Assembly (NCBI GenBank): GCA_964188305.1
Contig: OZ076899.1
Strand: one strand, 5' to 3'
DNA length: 64,000 nucleotides
Source: Podarcis bocagei
Taxonomy: Eukaryota
Shown: piece by piece, positions 12,111 to 27,100 of the stretch
How positions within the stretch are numbered: the first letter of the stretch is position 1
Layout of the letters: every line of letters starts with the position of its first letter
Notes under the pieces: model-generated
What the model was told of the DNA's origin: nothing
The model's input: only the letters and a program-made list of their open reading frames with translations
Database searches by the model: none
Position numbers and translations under genes: made by a program

Positions 12111-15100
12111 GTTAAATACTTCTTATAAGTGTTCAGACAAACAATTTCTCAAGTTAGAAAACATGCTGATTATACTTGAATTAAATAAGTTAATTCAGGC
12201 TTTGCAACTAATTATTTAAGGGATGGTATACCCCTCTTTCACACACTTTAACACACAAACACAATGTTTAGAAAATATTTAGGGGGTCATCTTGCCAGGG
12301 AGGTTGCAGAAGTTCTAGCTTAGAGCAGCTCACCCTAAAAAGGTGTTAAATTCATTCCCACTGTTCCCCAAAGAAAATACGATGCTACTGGCACCCATTC
12401 CAAATGCAAAAGTAAAGAAAGTATTCTTAACATCACACAACAACACTTCACACAAGAACATAGGAAACTGCCTTCTACCAAGTCAGACAAATGACCAGCT
12501 AGCACAGAACTATCTAGGGCACATGCTTTGCATGCAGAAGGTCTTAGGTTATGCCTACAGCATCTCCATGTAGAGAAGGGAAGGTCTAGAATTCTGGAGT
12601 CATTGCCAGTCAATGGTGTTTTTTTCCTGGTAATTGCTTTTATGTTCACTTTCTAGTACACAAAATGCAGTAATAACAATAAAGAAAGAGAATAGACCAA
12701 AACAAGAAAGGAAAAGGAAGAAGGCTATGAGGAGTGAAGAGGGAGTGGTTAGTATTCTAAAAATAGTAGAACTCCAGACAATTGTCCTCAGTGGCGTAGC
12801 GTGGGTTGTCAGCACCCGGGGCAAGGCAAGTAATTTGTGCCCCCTAACCCGTGGATTTGCGCCCCCTAACCCTAACCCCCAGATGTTGCGCCCGGTGCGG
12901 CCGGCCCCCCCTGCACCCCCCACGCTACGCCACTGATTGTCCTTCATAAGCATATTATCCAAGAACTGCTGCCAGTCAGTGTTGACAATACTGAGCTAGA
13001 TGGACCGATCATCTCACTCAGTGTATGGCATCTAAAGTCTACTCTAAACCAATTCAGCACAAGCTCCCCAGGATTTTGGGCAGGGGATTCTCTCCTGGAA
13101 ACTGAGGGACTGAACCCAGGCGCTCAACCACTGAGGTAGTTCCATAACTATTACAACAGTCCTAACAACACGAGTCTTGTATTATCCTAGTACATGTGTG
13201 CTGGTGGAGCATGCATACGTGTGCCCCCTATCACCCCACCCCTATTCTGCCCTCTTTTGGGTCCAAAAGGACTGCCAAAGGGCAACCAGGCAAAGACATA
13301 GTTGCAGTTAAGAGATTTAAAACTGTGAGCGCCAGCTTAGTCCCTCAGCTGCTACACTGCACTAGCTCTCAGAAAAGGCTGTGGTGTTTTTAAATTTTAC
13401 TTTATTTATATAGTGGTATCATATGTGAAGTTATCAAGAGTCTTCTGTTTACCTGACCATGTGAGGTTTGAAGTATGTCTGCTCCAGGTGCTCACTGCTG
13501 TCCACTTTCAAGGCATCTTCCAGGAGCTGGGTCACCACATCATGACAAGGACCCTGCTCCTCTGAGCAAACTGGGGTCTTCATCTCTTGAAGCAAGATAA
13601 GATACTTACTTTCCACTTGGCAGAGCTTGGCTTCAAGGCTTGTATACTGCAGAGAATACACCAAAGAATTCTTTCAAATTGGCACTTGCAGAAACAAGTA
13701 ATGCATGGGAATCCATTTCAATAAGCAAGTGAGTAAGTGAGTGTATGTATGCACAAGTTGTCCCTCTCCCATGAAGATAAAACAGGATTGAGAAACCTCA
13801 GTCCCAGAGGCCAAATGCAGCTACCTACACCTCTTTAACTTTATGCTTGGGATTCTCCCCAGACCATAACACCTCCTCAAGTGCTTTTGCTTGGCCAGAA
13901 TGCACGCCTCTTGCTTGTGTGGAAGGAGGATGTAGAGATGTGTATGTGCAGTAACTGATGATTTTTTGCATGGCTACGATCTCCTGCACAAAGGTAAGAG
14001 TCACATCCACGTGCATCTGCCCTGCCCACAACTGGTGTGTGTCGCCTGGAAGGCTGCCCGTGAAGGAATGCTGCAAACCTAAGACTGAAAAAGGGTTCCC
14101 CACCTCTGAGATAAAACGAGGATGTTGCAATTCCAGAAAAAGACAGAGGGTTCTGCAAATCAGCATAACAATAAGTTTTAAGTTCCTCTTTCTATATATT
14201 GCTTGAAATTTTCACTTCTGGCAATGAAAGCTAGCAGGATTTTACTTTCAGTGTCAAGTGAAAGATTTACAATGAGCATCTGTGTTAAGCTGACCTTTGT
14301 CATCAAGTCTCTTTCTCTGTTTTCAGCAGTTCTCCGTAAAGCAGACAGTTCTAGGATCTCTTTATTTAAAAATTTGTTCTGGTTTTTATAACCCTGAAGA
14401 CTATCCTGTGAACAAAAGATATGGATAAATATAGGTTATTTTAAAAATATATTATGAGGAATACAAGCAATACATTATGAGGAATACAAGACCCAAGAAG
14501 CTCTACTTTTCTTGTGTTTTTAAAACAGTATATTGACACAGGGGGGAGGCACTCCAGAATTACAGAGAAAGTGCTCAAGTGGGGAGCTAGATAGTCAAAG
14601 AACTCAAAGGTGTGCTATAAATTCTACTCATTAGAACTTGACACGGTGGACCATTTTAGGGCTAGACCACTAGTAAAACTGTACTCTCCAATTTTATACA
14701 ACTATAGGGAAAATGAAACTCTAATGACAAAACAATGATCTGACTCACTGACTTCCAACTGTTGCTCAATCACTCAAGATCATGCTAAGTTTCTTGAGAA
14801 GCTCTGCTTTAAAAATCAAATGTGTCTCAAGCATTAAGAAATAGGGAAGCAATGAAAGTTTATAAAAGAGTTCTATATTTTCAAATCATTAAGCTGTGAC
14901 TGTTTCTGCTGGGCTCTGTCTTCCCTTAAGACTCTTCAGGTCTGAAGGTTGTCAAATAAGGCAGCATCTTGCCACATACATTGTCGCTCTCTCTTTAATC
15001 TGTATTTCTATCATGCTATATGTGTTCTCATGATGTTGCTCTTATGGCATTTTGTTACTTATTCATGGATGTGACCCCATTCCTTAAACCTTGTTTGCAA

Positions 15101-18100
15101 CACCTGTTGTGATCTGAGAATTGGGTCCCCTGCAGCTCAACTCAGATAGATGCAATGCCAAAACATAGTCTGGCAAGTCAGGACCACCTTCAAATGATCC
15201 TCATCCCACCTCTCTTCCATTCGCATTCTCCACTTGATAGTTTTTACCAACCAAACCTAGCCCTTGTGTCCAAAATTAGTGAAATGTGGTAAGTGCCTTG
15301 CTTCCAAACCAAGGTTCAAATTATTTCCTGAAAATATTCAGCCTACAGAAGGGCACATCACATGGAATTCGAAGGGCCTCCACTACTGAAGCAAAAATGT
15401 TCCTTACTTTCAGCCTGTCAAGCTCCTGCAGTTCTTTGTTGATGGAAGAAGACATGGGAGAATGGACTGATCCTCCACTCTGGCCAGATGACTGGCCCTC
15501 ACATTCACTCAGCTCCCTGGAAAGTTTCATGATCACTTCATCTTTGGCTTGAATGGTCTCCATAAGCATGCCCAGCTGCTCATTGAGCTCGCCCACCTTG
15601 CATTTCAAATTCTTTACTTCCTGCCGCAAACTGTCCTTCTCCAGATTAAGCTTTTCAAGCTGGCTGTTGAGACCCAATATCTGATTGTCTTTTTCATGAA
15701 GCAGCTCTAACTTATCTTTGGGGACTCCATCACAAAGATGCCCTACAAAATATTTGTCATACTGTGAAGATCTGACGGTCTGCTGCAGAAGCCGCACAAG
15801 TTCCTTTAAGGAGAAGGAAAAAAAGGATATTGGTGAACATGGGGGCATGCGCAAGTTAGATGTGCTTTACCTCTTAGCTACTGTTGATTTTAATTCCTCC
15901 TTTGACAACTTTTATATGCTTGTGCTTAATTATTTTTACTGAGAATATTTTTGTTTTCTTCCTATATACATCATGTTGCATCACATTGCAGTTTGCATGG
16001 CCACCATGCCAACTCCAGTGTGACAAATGGCAGCCAGGAGGAAGGAGAGGTGCTTCACAGACTGGTTTAGTAAGCTACTCTGAAGCACCTGCCTCCATTA
16101 AATGCAGTTGCAACAAGCTTTAACCAAGCAATTTTACAGAGGTTTAGCACAGCAGCTCTATTCTGAAGCAGGAGCAGGCTGGCGGGGGACTGGGGCTTTG
16201 GAAAGGGGTTGGCAGATAGACATGGTTGGTAAGCGGAGTGAGCAGAAGCAGTGGTGCCAATATTTTATATTTTTGTAAACCGCTTAGAGGTTTGCTTTAC
16301 AATAAATAATAAACCAAATTTAAAAAAAAAACCTATTTGGTTAAATAAAAGATAAACTAGATCTGTGCAACCAAGAGGGCTCTTAACTTCCATCACTTGT
16401 GCATCTACCCCTCGTGACAGACATTACACCAATTTTTTAATTGAGGAAAGTTTTAAAACCATTGCAACCTGAAACTGAATCCTGTTGAAAGAGAAGAATC
16501 AAACCTCTGGGTAGATGCCAGCCTTTGGCCATACCTACAGTAGATCTTCAAAAGGAACAATTAGGGTAGTAACTAGAAGCATTTTTAAACCAAGCACATC
16601 AAAATTCTGCTGCAAGTTAATCTCTCTCCCTACACCTACAATCATTCAAAAATAATAATTCTGGACAGCTTAAGGCTTTGAATTGGAGACAATTACAGGT
16701 AAGTAGATAACAGGTAGCCTTCTCCAACATAGTACTCTCCAGATGCTGTCAGATTCTAGCCCTAGCTAGCATGGCCAGGGATGATGGGAACTGAAGCACA
16801 GGGATGGGGAATTCGCCCCGCCAGATGCTGCAGAACTGCAACTCCCATCATCCATAGCCACTGAGCATGCTTGCTGGGGCTGATGAGAGCCACAGTTCAG
16901 CAGCATTGTGTGGGGGAGGACAAATGTCACCCACTCAAGATCTAGAGGAATGAGGGTGGAAAAGGCTGCACCTAGGCACAAGAACCATGTTGGGCTGAAC
17001 AGCATTTTAAGCATCTCTGAGTTTCTATTCAATTCCTGTGCATGGCAAAAAACAAACAACCCCTCCCGCAAAGTTCTTAGCAGCAGTGAGGTCTCTGTAA
17101 TTCTTTAAAAATGTGTTTAAGAGGTCAGCTAGCTATTTTTTAAAATGAAGAATGCACACTGTCTTCACATAGGCTACAGAGGGAAAACCTGGCCCGTCCC
17201 TGGTTCTGGCAACCACACATTTGTAGTATAAAGAACTCAGAGCAGGTGTAGAATGCCTAGGGCTGGGTCCCAAAAGATGCACATACAAAAATTTGGGAGT
17301 GTTTCATTACATCCTCTAGCATGCCTCTAAGGAAAAGGACCCCTGGACGGTTACGTCCAGTCAAAGGCAACTACGGGGTTGCAGTGCTCATCTCATTTTC
17401 TGGTCAAGGGATCTGCTATTTGTCCACAGACAGCTTTCCGGGTCATGTGGCAAGCTTCTGGCGCAACAGGATACTGTGACGGAAACCAGAGCGCATGGAA
17501 ATGCCATTTGCCTTCCCACCGCAGCGATACCTTGCACTGGCATGCTTTCGAAATGCTAGGTTGGCAGAAGCTGGGACAGAGCAACAGAAGCTCACCCCGT
17601 CAAGCGGATTCAAACCATCAACCTACTGATCGGCAAGCCCAAGAGGTGCTGTACTGTAGTCTAAACCACCCGCCTCTAATGTGTGCCAGGCAGGTTTTCC
17701 TGCACTGCTTGGCAAAACCTGCCATATATGATGCCAATGCTGGCTCCAGCTCCAGCTACTGTTCCTCTCTAGCTTGTAGACCAGTTACCTTTTGACTCAA
17801 CAGCTCCTTCTCGAGACTCTCCAACTCTTCCTGTTGGCTCTGGAACTTCAGCTGCATCTCGGAAGCCAGCTTGTTTCCATTACACTCATCAGGAGAAGAC
17901 TCCGTGCTATTCCGGTTTTTGCTGCCTGCAATCATTTCCTTTAAAGGACGCCTTGTTCTGTGTGGAATGCGGCCAAAATCAAATGGAAAGGCTGGACCAG
18001 ACATGCCTGCACAAGAAGATATATTTTTTCCTCATTCAGACTAAAATGTATTTGGACACATTCCTCACTTTGTTAAAAGAACACTACTGTACTCAATCAC

Positions 18101-21100
18101 CAAATCTGGAACAAAGACTGAAGCAAGCACTCTTCTCCCTTGTCCCTTTAATTCTAAGCAGTGAGACCATGCACAATTAAGAAATCATATACCAGGACAA
18201 AATTAGAACTGAAAAAAGAAGTGCCTGCTACTTCAGTGGATGTTAGTTTTAACCCTTTTTGCCACTACAAGGAAGTGAGCTCATAGTATTCGCTCTCATT
18301 TATCCTCTGTGGTTTGTGTTAGAACTAGGGTTACATTTGGAGACTTAGCCTCAGAATCCATTGTCTGTAGTGAGCTCCAACTCATTACAATAGTAAAGGA
18401 AACTGAGCAGTGAAGCACGTATTTCCTTCATCAGACTAACCACAAGTCACCACAAGCGACTCTGATCAGATGGAAGACCTTCCCAATTTAAAGTTGAAAA
18501 CATCTGTGCAGAAACAAACTCCTACCATTTTTTAAATCATCACATTTGTATCCTATCCATCTTCCTCCTCAGACTTCAGACTGACCTACCTGTAAAGGAA
18601 GTTTAGCCACAATTGCCATGGCTGAGTGTGGATTTGAACTCAAACCTCCCCCCCAAACCTCTCTAAACCCCTATCAATTGCACCAAAATGCTCTCTTCAC
18701 TCTTCATTTATCTATCTAATTTATCTATCTTGCATATAGTACAATATAACCAATTTGCAACATATTGTTTAATAAGGAGGTACTTTGTGCTTAAAAGTAC
18801 ACTCAATAAAAATGCCTTGACAACAGCATGGGTCTGTTGGAAATAAGTCACAGCAGTGCAAGTTTGAGTCCAGGTATCCCGGTAGCTAAGACAGAAAAAT
18901 CCAAAAGCAAATCAGTTTCCAAGAAGAGATATTATCAGCATTCTTTATCAATAGAGAACACATTTTCATGGTGTGCCTTTAGAGTGGACTGCATTTTCAT
19001 CAGCTCCTAAGGGTCAATGGTATAGAAATATAAAGAATCTTTCAAGTACAATAGTAGAAAAGATGGGGACAGGAGATGTGGGGAGAAGGAACACTGGAGT
19101 ACCTTTGCTCTGCTCTCCTGAAAACCTCTTCCGATCTTGAACTATTGACTCCTCCAAATCCTTCGTATCTAGAAATTCCCACTCCTCTGTGTAAAAAATA
19201 CTCTTACGGTTGTCATTGCTTCCTTTTCCAGTTCTTAGTGAAGACACAGAGTTCCTGGCAAGTACAGAAATTAAGAAGTAGTTATACAAACAGAGAGAAG
19301 TGTAATTTTTAAAATAAAGGATATTCAAGTGTAGAAATCAAAAGCAAGCAAAACTACTGTTTTGTTCAATTTCTCCTGGTTCCAAATTTACTCCAAAGCA
19401 GAGAACTTGATTGATGCAGATGCCTACACTGCAAAAGTTTGTCAAATGTGCATTTAAATATCAAGGGCTAGGAGTTTAATTTACACCCTTCAGACTAAAA
19501 ATTATTCCCAGGAAGATATAGAAAGGTGCTCAGCTGACATGCACCGGCTATGGCTGATGGGAGTTGCAATCCGAAACATCAAGTGGGGAAGGCTGGACTA
19601 CGCTTCAGCCGTTTCCCACCCTGTCAATGACAGCCTGCTCCAAATAAGTCTCAGAATGCCATTTGTAGCATATGGTAATGCAATAAGTGACTCTGCTACA
19701 ATCTATGACAGCAACAATGGATCACTCAAGGAATCCCTGAGGCTTTCCACTTAAAATAGTAAATCATTTCCTACTACACTTAAATTCAAAGTACAGTGGT
19801 ACCTCGGATTACGAACACTTCAAGTTACATTTTTTCAGATTACGAATGATTTTAACCCAGAAGTGAGTTTTCCGAGCTCTCGGAGGCCTCGTCGCTGCCC
19901 AGAGCCAAGCCCGGACATCCGCGGGGCCTGCGGAGGGTCCGTGACTGGGCTCCAGCCATGGGAGCTCTCTGAGGCCTCCGCGAATAGTGGGAGCCAAGCC
20001 GATTGTGATTGTGGAAGAGGACCCTGAGCTGCCATCCAAAGAATGACTATCATCAGCGCAGGTAAGAAAAAAATCACATTTTCATTTTGTTCTGTTTTAT
20101 TGATTTCATTTTATGGATCAATGGCCTTGTTAGATAGTAAAATCCATGTAAAATTGCTGTTTTAAGGGTCGCTTTTCATCATCTGGTTCCTGTTGAGTGT
20201 GTTTCGTTTGTTAATTGAGTCCCTCGCTGCTAATCAGAGGCTTCCTGTTGAGTCTGCCAGCTGTGGAGTCCCGAGCACCCACGCAACACAGAAGTTATAT
20301 TTGGAGGTTTTGTTTTTGATATTTTTTTTGCGTTTTGGTGTGGCTTTTTTGGTTTTTTGACTGTGGTTTGTTGTTCATTTTATGGGACTGACTTGTGACT
20401 TCGCTTTTGTGACTGTAGCTTGTGCCTTCATTTTTGTGACTTGTTTTTGTGACTGTGTGGAACCCAGTTCAGCTACTGGTTGATTGTGTGACTGCAGAAA
20501 TGGATAAAAGCCCCCCATCCAAACTGACTATCATCAGTGCACATAAGAAAATTGAAAATGGTAAGTAAGATATATTTTAAAAAAAACAAATCAAGGCATG
20601 TAAAGCAACTTTATAAACACTATGAGGAATTGTATAAAGAGTGAAAAATGCCATTTGTTAGTTTGATATAAGAATTCCGGTTGCAAAATCTCGCCATATG
20701 ATTACACCACTCAAGGGTTACTACAGTACATGCATTTAAGATACACTAATCTGCACCAAGCTTCAGGAAGTTTACCAGAACAGATGTATTTCAAGCAATC
20801 ATGTTTGCCAAGAAATGAAGTCGTAAGTGCAGTCTTGAATTTGTGTAACACAATCTTGGTAACAGCAACCACTCTTTACTATGGATCTGCAACAACTGTA
20901 CTAAAATTGCTCAGTAGCTGTTAAAACACATGAACACATATTGGCTAATTTTGCAAAGAGAAACATTCAAAGCACGTGATAAAACTGCTGTATTTCTGAA
21001 AGAGAAAGCCTGGCAATTGTGGTTAAGCAGTCAACAAGGGGGAACTTGGTAAAGTTATTTCCCTTGGCTGACTCTACAATTTCCGCAAGATCTTGGAACT

Positions 21101-24100
21101 TCCTTCATATGTTTGGGGAGGGAGTTAGTGGTAAAGTACTTGTGAGAGATGCTAGACCAGCCTTTGTCAACCTGGTGCCCTCCAGGTGTTGGACTACAGC
21201 TCCCACAGCTCCAGACATAAAATCTGGAGGGCACCATGAGGCAAGGTGAGGCTGTGGCCTTAGGGCGGCAGGCTCCACACAGCTGCAAGGAGCAACAGTT
21301 CCACCTCCTTCACTTGATTGCTGCCTCCTCGGCTGCACACCCTTCCCCTTGCTTTCTGGCTTTCCTCTTTTTCCCTCCTCACCCCCATTTTTCTTCTCCA
21401 TTTAGTCCCCCTTGCTTCACCACAATGTTTCTCCTCCCCATTTCAGAGTCTTACTTCCCCTCCCTTTCTGTACCTCTATCAAACCTCTAGCCCACAGAGC
21501 CCCACTCAACTGCTGTGCTGTGTGCACAGCTCCCTCCCGACATGCAGGCTTCCAGCTTTGCAAGAGAGCAGCTTCAGTCTCCAGCCAGGAAGCCATGGTG
21601 CAAAGGCAAAAGACAGGGCAGTCAGTGAAATGGAAAGAGGAGGCAGGAGGGGTTGCAGGGGACGGGTGTTCTTCTACCACCACAGTACTGTCCTCCATCC
21701 AAAGAACCATTTCAGACAGTAAACAAAACAAAACTTGAGGGTGCAAAGCAGGACTGGAGAGGGGTGGCCTGAGCCCCAGGACAGAGGCTTGGAAGGCTGC
21801 ATTGGTCCCTTAGCCTGAGATTCCCTATACTTGCTGTAACCCAGCACCCTTAACAAACTACAATTCCCAAGGAGAGCACCATTTTCTGGTTCACCTCAGG
21901 CAGCAAAGTATCTTGGGCCAGCCCTGGAACCAAGTTGGTGAAAGTTACACTAGACTATACAACAGTGGTGGGAAGCCTGTGCTCCTCCAGATCTTGAGGC
22001 ATCAACCCATACGATCATATAGGTGTGGTCAGAGAGGATGGGAGTTGTAGTCCAGCAACATGTGGAGGGCTGCAGGTTCCACATAATGTCCACAAAAGCT
22101 TGATCCAGCCAAGAAAAATGTTCATTTGATTTCCTCAGTAAGGAGCACCATACAACCATGCTGGCTGGGGCTGATGGGAGCTGTAGTTCAGGACATGTGG
22201 AGGACACCAGGTTGGCAAAGGCTACTTTATGCACAACCAGTTTGCCACATAGGAACACAATCTGATAAGTAACACAAAACAGATGACGGTTGAAGTTCTG
22301 TGCAGGGCTGATATTTCCCTATGTTATGCCCGAAGCAAAAGTTAACATTAAACACTAGGAGCTAAAGGATCACATGGAGGAAGGATCTGGAGCAGGCATC
22401 CCCAACCTGCGGCCCTCCAGATGCTTTGGCCTACAACTCCCATGATCCCTAGCTAACAGGACCAGTGGTCAGGGATGATGGGAATTGTAGTTCAAAACAT
22501 CTGGAGGGCCGAAGGTTGGGGGTGCCTGATCTGGAGTAATTCAGAGATGCCTTAGTTTTCCTACAAACAGTATGCAAGATTCAGAATCCCATTATGGACA
22601 TTTTTGTGGTCTAACTGACAAGCAGAGAAAAATTCTTAGACCATATTCAGAATTGCACATCCAACATTTTCCTTTCAAAAGCCTTTTTGTGCAACTAAAT
22701 AGCACAGGGGTGGGGGTATCAATCACACTCATTGAAATCAAAGAAGGATGTGGTTTAATTTTTCCAGCGCAACCAAGGCAACAGTTGCCACATGTGCCCT
22801 GCTCCATAACCATCTGGAAAAGGAACCAGGCGAGGGCAATCCTCCAAGTACTGAAGCTTTGCCCCCTAGAAATTGATGGCTGCAGAAGTACTTGCAAGAC
22901 TTACTCCATTGGGCAGCCTTTCAGCATTAATGAAAGGGTGCGAGTGGGAATAGTAAGAAATGCAAGAAGAGAAGTGATCGGAGGTCAGTTGCCACAAAAC
23001 TGTTGCCAGAAGTTGGCCAAGGTCAAAACAGTGACTTCAGCAGCAGCACAAGCCTTATAAATGGTTACTTCTTAGATATTCAATGTGCCTTTCCCACTAT
23101 TTAAAAAGAGAACACAAAGGCAGAGAGATATTTATGGGGTGTTTTTCATTACAATGTTTCAAGACATTTGTTTTAAAGATGTATCAATCAATCTCTTTAT
23201 TATGTTCAATGACCAATATTGTTTCAAAGATAAATGATCTAGAACTTTTTAAACAGGAGTAACAGTGTATTATGTGAACAGGGTATTATGGCCTTTTCAA
23301 AGGGCAAGCGAAAGAGAGCTGGTGCAGCATGGTGGGTAAGACGCTACATTTCATCATTGCTAAAACTTTCTCCTTACCAGAAAGCTGAAAGGTACCAATG
23401 TATTTTTTATGATGAAATTACAGGTCTGCCAACTAAATTCTGCTTCATGTAAACTGGTGGAAAGCATCAGTGAGGGAAAAAAATGTTCAACGAAAGAACC
23501 AACATTTGCTCATAACACAAACATGGTGTGGAAAATAATCACACCATGGACAAAATTTCCTATGAGAAGATATTTTTACTCAGAGATGCACCTTGTGCAG
23601 CAGGTTCTAGTACGTTCTAATCACTCCATTTCCACACCCTTGAGATACATGGGGACTGGACTCCCATATGGATTTTCACAGGTCCCCACTGGTTTTAACT
23701 TTGTCTTAAAGTCCTGTTCCCTGATCACTGGCACCCCTAGTCAGCTTAACTCCATCTCCACAGCCTTGCTTAGATTTAGCCTACATGTTTCCCCTGAAAC
23801 ATAATAAAGTTATTATGGAAGCCAGTGGGCTGCAAGTTGAATGTTGCTGCTGGAAACCTAGGTCCAAATGTTACCTCTGCTAAATCATGAACAGCTTCAG
23901 TTCCAAATGTATTATTTTTGGGGAGGGGAAGAAATATCACTTCCTCCACAGGCTTAATCAGAACATAAACATTTTTGCAATCACATGGTAGTATTTATGC
24001 CAACCCCATTAGATGAACACTGTCAAGTAACACAACACACAATACTCACTTGATATCTGTACCCAGTTGCTTCAAAGAAAAGTTAATGGCACTTGGCTGG

Positions 24101-27100
24101 CCTGGGGCTGGCTGGCACGCTGCCTGTTCTCCCACCAGTTCTGTGCGCGCTGCCTCCACCATTAGGACATTTCTAGCTTTCTCTGCTGATGCATTTGAAA
24201 ACATGGTGGTCCAATCTAAGAAGGGCAAAAAACACCACCAGTACTTAATAATGCAGCTGACACCCCAGGAGTCCACATCAAGGCTCATGGAGGGCAAATT
24301 CAGAGGACTTCTAACATGTCATGAAGGAAGGTATTGAGCTCCCCTCGTAAGTACCCCAGGAAACTTTTGCAGTCCAACAACTATGGTGCTGAAGAGTTAA
24401 TACTCGCCTCAAGGCCAGCTAAGAAAGACATGCAAATTGGCTATAACACACAGCATCTCATGCAGTCATTAAAGCAGAGCTTTCCAAACTTTTCACATTG
24501 GTGACAGACTTTTTAGACATGCATCGTTTTGTGACACAGTAATTAAGATTTACTAGCAAACTGGAGGTTAAACTAACCCATTTCCAGCCGTGGGAGGAGC
24601 ACAGGGAGCATTTGAGTGACACACCTGCACACTGCAGCTGACACACTAATGTTTGAAAAGCTCTGCATTAAAGTTTAGAGAATAAAACTGGAATTCAGAA
24701 TGAGTGTGGAGAAGGGTAGCAGAAACCAACCAAGATAAACCAACAATTATGTCAGTCTCTCACAACAGATTCTAGCACATGCAGGTATTCTAATGCTTCA
24801 GGTACCTAAGAATTAGGCCAAACATTATTTATGTGTAATTGTGTAGCCCCCTAAATACACTAAATACCCCACTAAATACACACAGGTATTTAAAGGTACA
24901 AATTCAAGAGTTTGAATGAGTACATACCATCTCAGGAAGTACAAGAGGTACACTCATAATGGGCCATATTCCTCCTCTGCTCTGTCAAAGGGCCCAGAGC
25001 ACAGAGAGGAGCTGGCAATCATTGGGCAGTCTAAGAGTATCTTTACATACACCTTGAAGCTTCCTCACTTATTATGCAACCTGAAGTGGGACAGCCCACC
25101 TCAAAAGTTCTGCAGGCACGTGAAAACCACAGGGCCCAGTTTTCTTAGCAAGGAGGCCCTTGCTTCCTTCACCTCCCACTAGCCCTCAGCGACATCAAGA
25201 GTGATAGATTAACAGATAGTCCTTCCTAGTACTCTTCCCTCTGTAAGCAGCACTACACAAGAATAGAGCAAGAAAGAGAGAGAAAAGATTATTGAAGTAT
25301 TCCTCCTCCTTGCACCAAATTGCATACATTTGATGACTGCACCATATCAGGCTTTGTCTTCGTTAACAAGGGATATGTTCTGCTATCTGGATCTAAAGCA
25401 TACAATGATTTACAAGTTTCAAGAAAACCACTGCTCCAAGGTGAGCCAAGTTTAGAGCTGTAGACACACCTTCAACCATTTCCACTACAGTACAAAGTTG
25501 TCAGCACTCTGCTAAAATGAGTACTGTGTGAAAACCAGCAGGACGAAGCAAAGCAAAGCAAAGCGATTCCCCTCCCCAACCAACACGGCCCCAGGAAAGA
25601 ATGCTCATGCCCAGTTAACAAGACAGTTTGCAGAATGCCCACACTTCTTGCTGTTTTATGACAGAGATGCATATACAGTAATGTAAAACCACATCACATT
25701 TGTATGGATTCTCTTCTCCAGATCACAACCAGTATGAAATCCACAGGAATGCTGGAGTGTTGTGAGGACATTTACATAACCTACAATCAAGGACACAGTC
25801 TTTCAGCTTGGATGAAGCCAAAGATCTGCTTAACACTCAGTTATTAAAATTACATAAAACGGACTACAACCATTAACGATTAGGCAGGAAAAGCTATTAA
25901 CCAAATAAAATGCTACATCAGTGGAAGACAACCAAGTAGAACCTTTCTAAGTTAAGTGAGCTCTGCATGTTCCCAAATATTCATCATGTAATGTGCCCCC
26001 ACAACATGAAATTTCCTCACCTTCATTCTTGGGGCTGCTGTGATTAGCAAGGGAGGAGAGACTCCCAGGTTCAGACATGGCTTAGTGACATGTGAATGGG
26101 TTGATCCTCCTCCTGGAACTATGTGCTCACCTTCTCTTTCCACAAAATGGCTATGAGGGGTTTGGGAGCTTTCACTTTTTGTTGTTTATGGTTTTACCTG
26201 AACTGGGAAACTTGGGTGTTTCAAACAGGCTAGCTTGTTTACAGTGGGCTTATTTTGAAACAGACTATTGTCAGGGTCAAGCCAAGATGAAATGGGAAAT
26301 CACAGTTAACTGAGAGTAAAGGCTTCCAAAGCCTTCCCCCCAACCACACAGGAGGAAGAGCACAGGAGCAGGATAGGCTTATTCACTTAGTGAAAAACCA
26401 TGGTTTAGCATGATGTCGGAAGAGATCAACCCCAAAACTCTCAGCCTGAGAGTGCTTGCAATTGTGGTCTGGGCAGGGTAATTATGGGCTAGATTAAGTG
26501 GCATTCCCTGCTGGTGACCATAGAAAAACAGTATGATGAGGCAGCAAGTTAATCAACTGCCAGGAAATTTATGTTCCATTTACTCTTAATACAAACACTG
26601 GAAGGGAGTGGCTTGTGTTGGAGCACAGACTTACTTTGAGCTGTTCATGCCCCATATCATCTGTCCATTGCCGGTTTGATCATGACTAGGACACCTGCGG
26701 CATTCTACTAGAACAAGAGGCTGTTGACTGGCATGAAACCTTGCTTGGGTTCTTATCTGGGTTTCTTAAAAAACATCTACTCAAAAGGATGGCTTTGGTG
26801 TGACCTTACATAAAACTTTTACCAGCATGGAAGCTGTTTCAACAAAAGATACCTCCCCTGCTTATTTTATATCGATTATAAATACAATTTAACCTAAATG
26901 AAAATGATGCAGTCAGAAATGTACTATTTAAATTACCTTATAATCTGATAACAGCACTCAATGAATAAATACAATTTCCTCAGTTATCTGTAATACTGCA
27001 AAGTTATTTATTGCTTATATTCACTCACACACAAATATAGGAATGAAGCCAGAAAGACAAGACTCTGCAGACAAAATCTACCATAAATCAGAGAAAGCTC

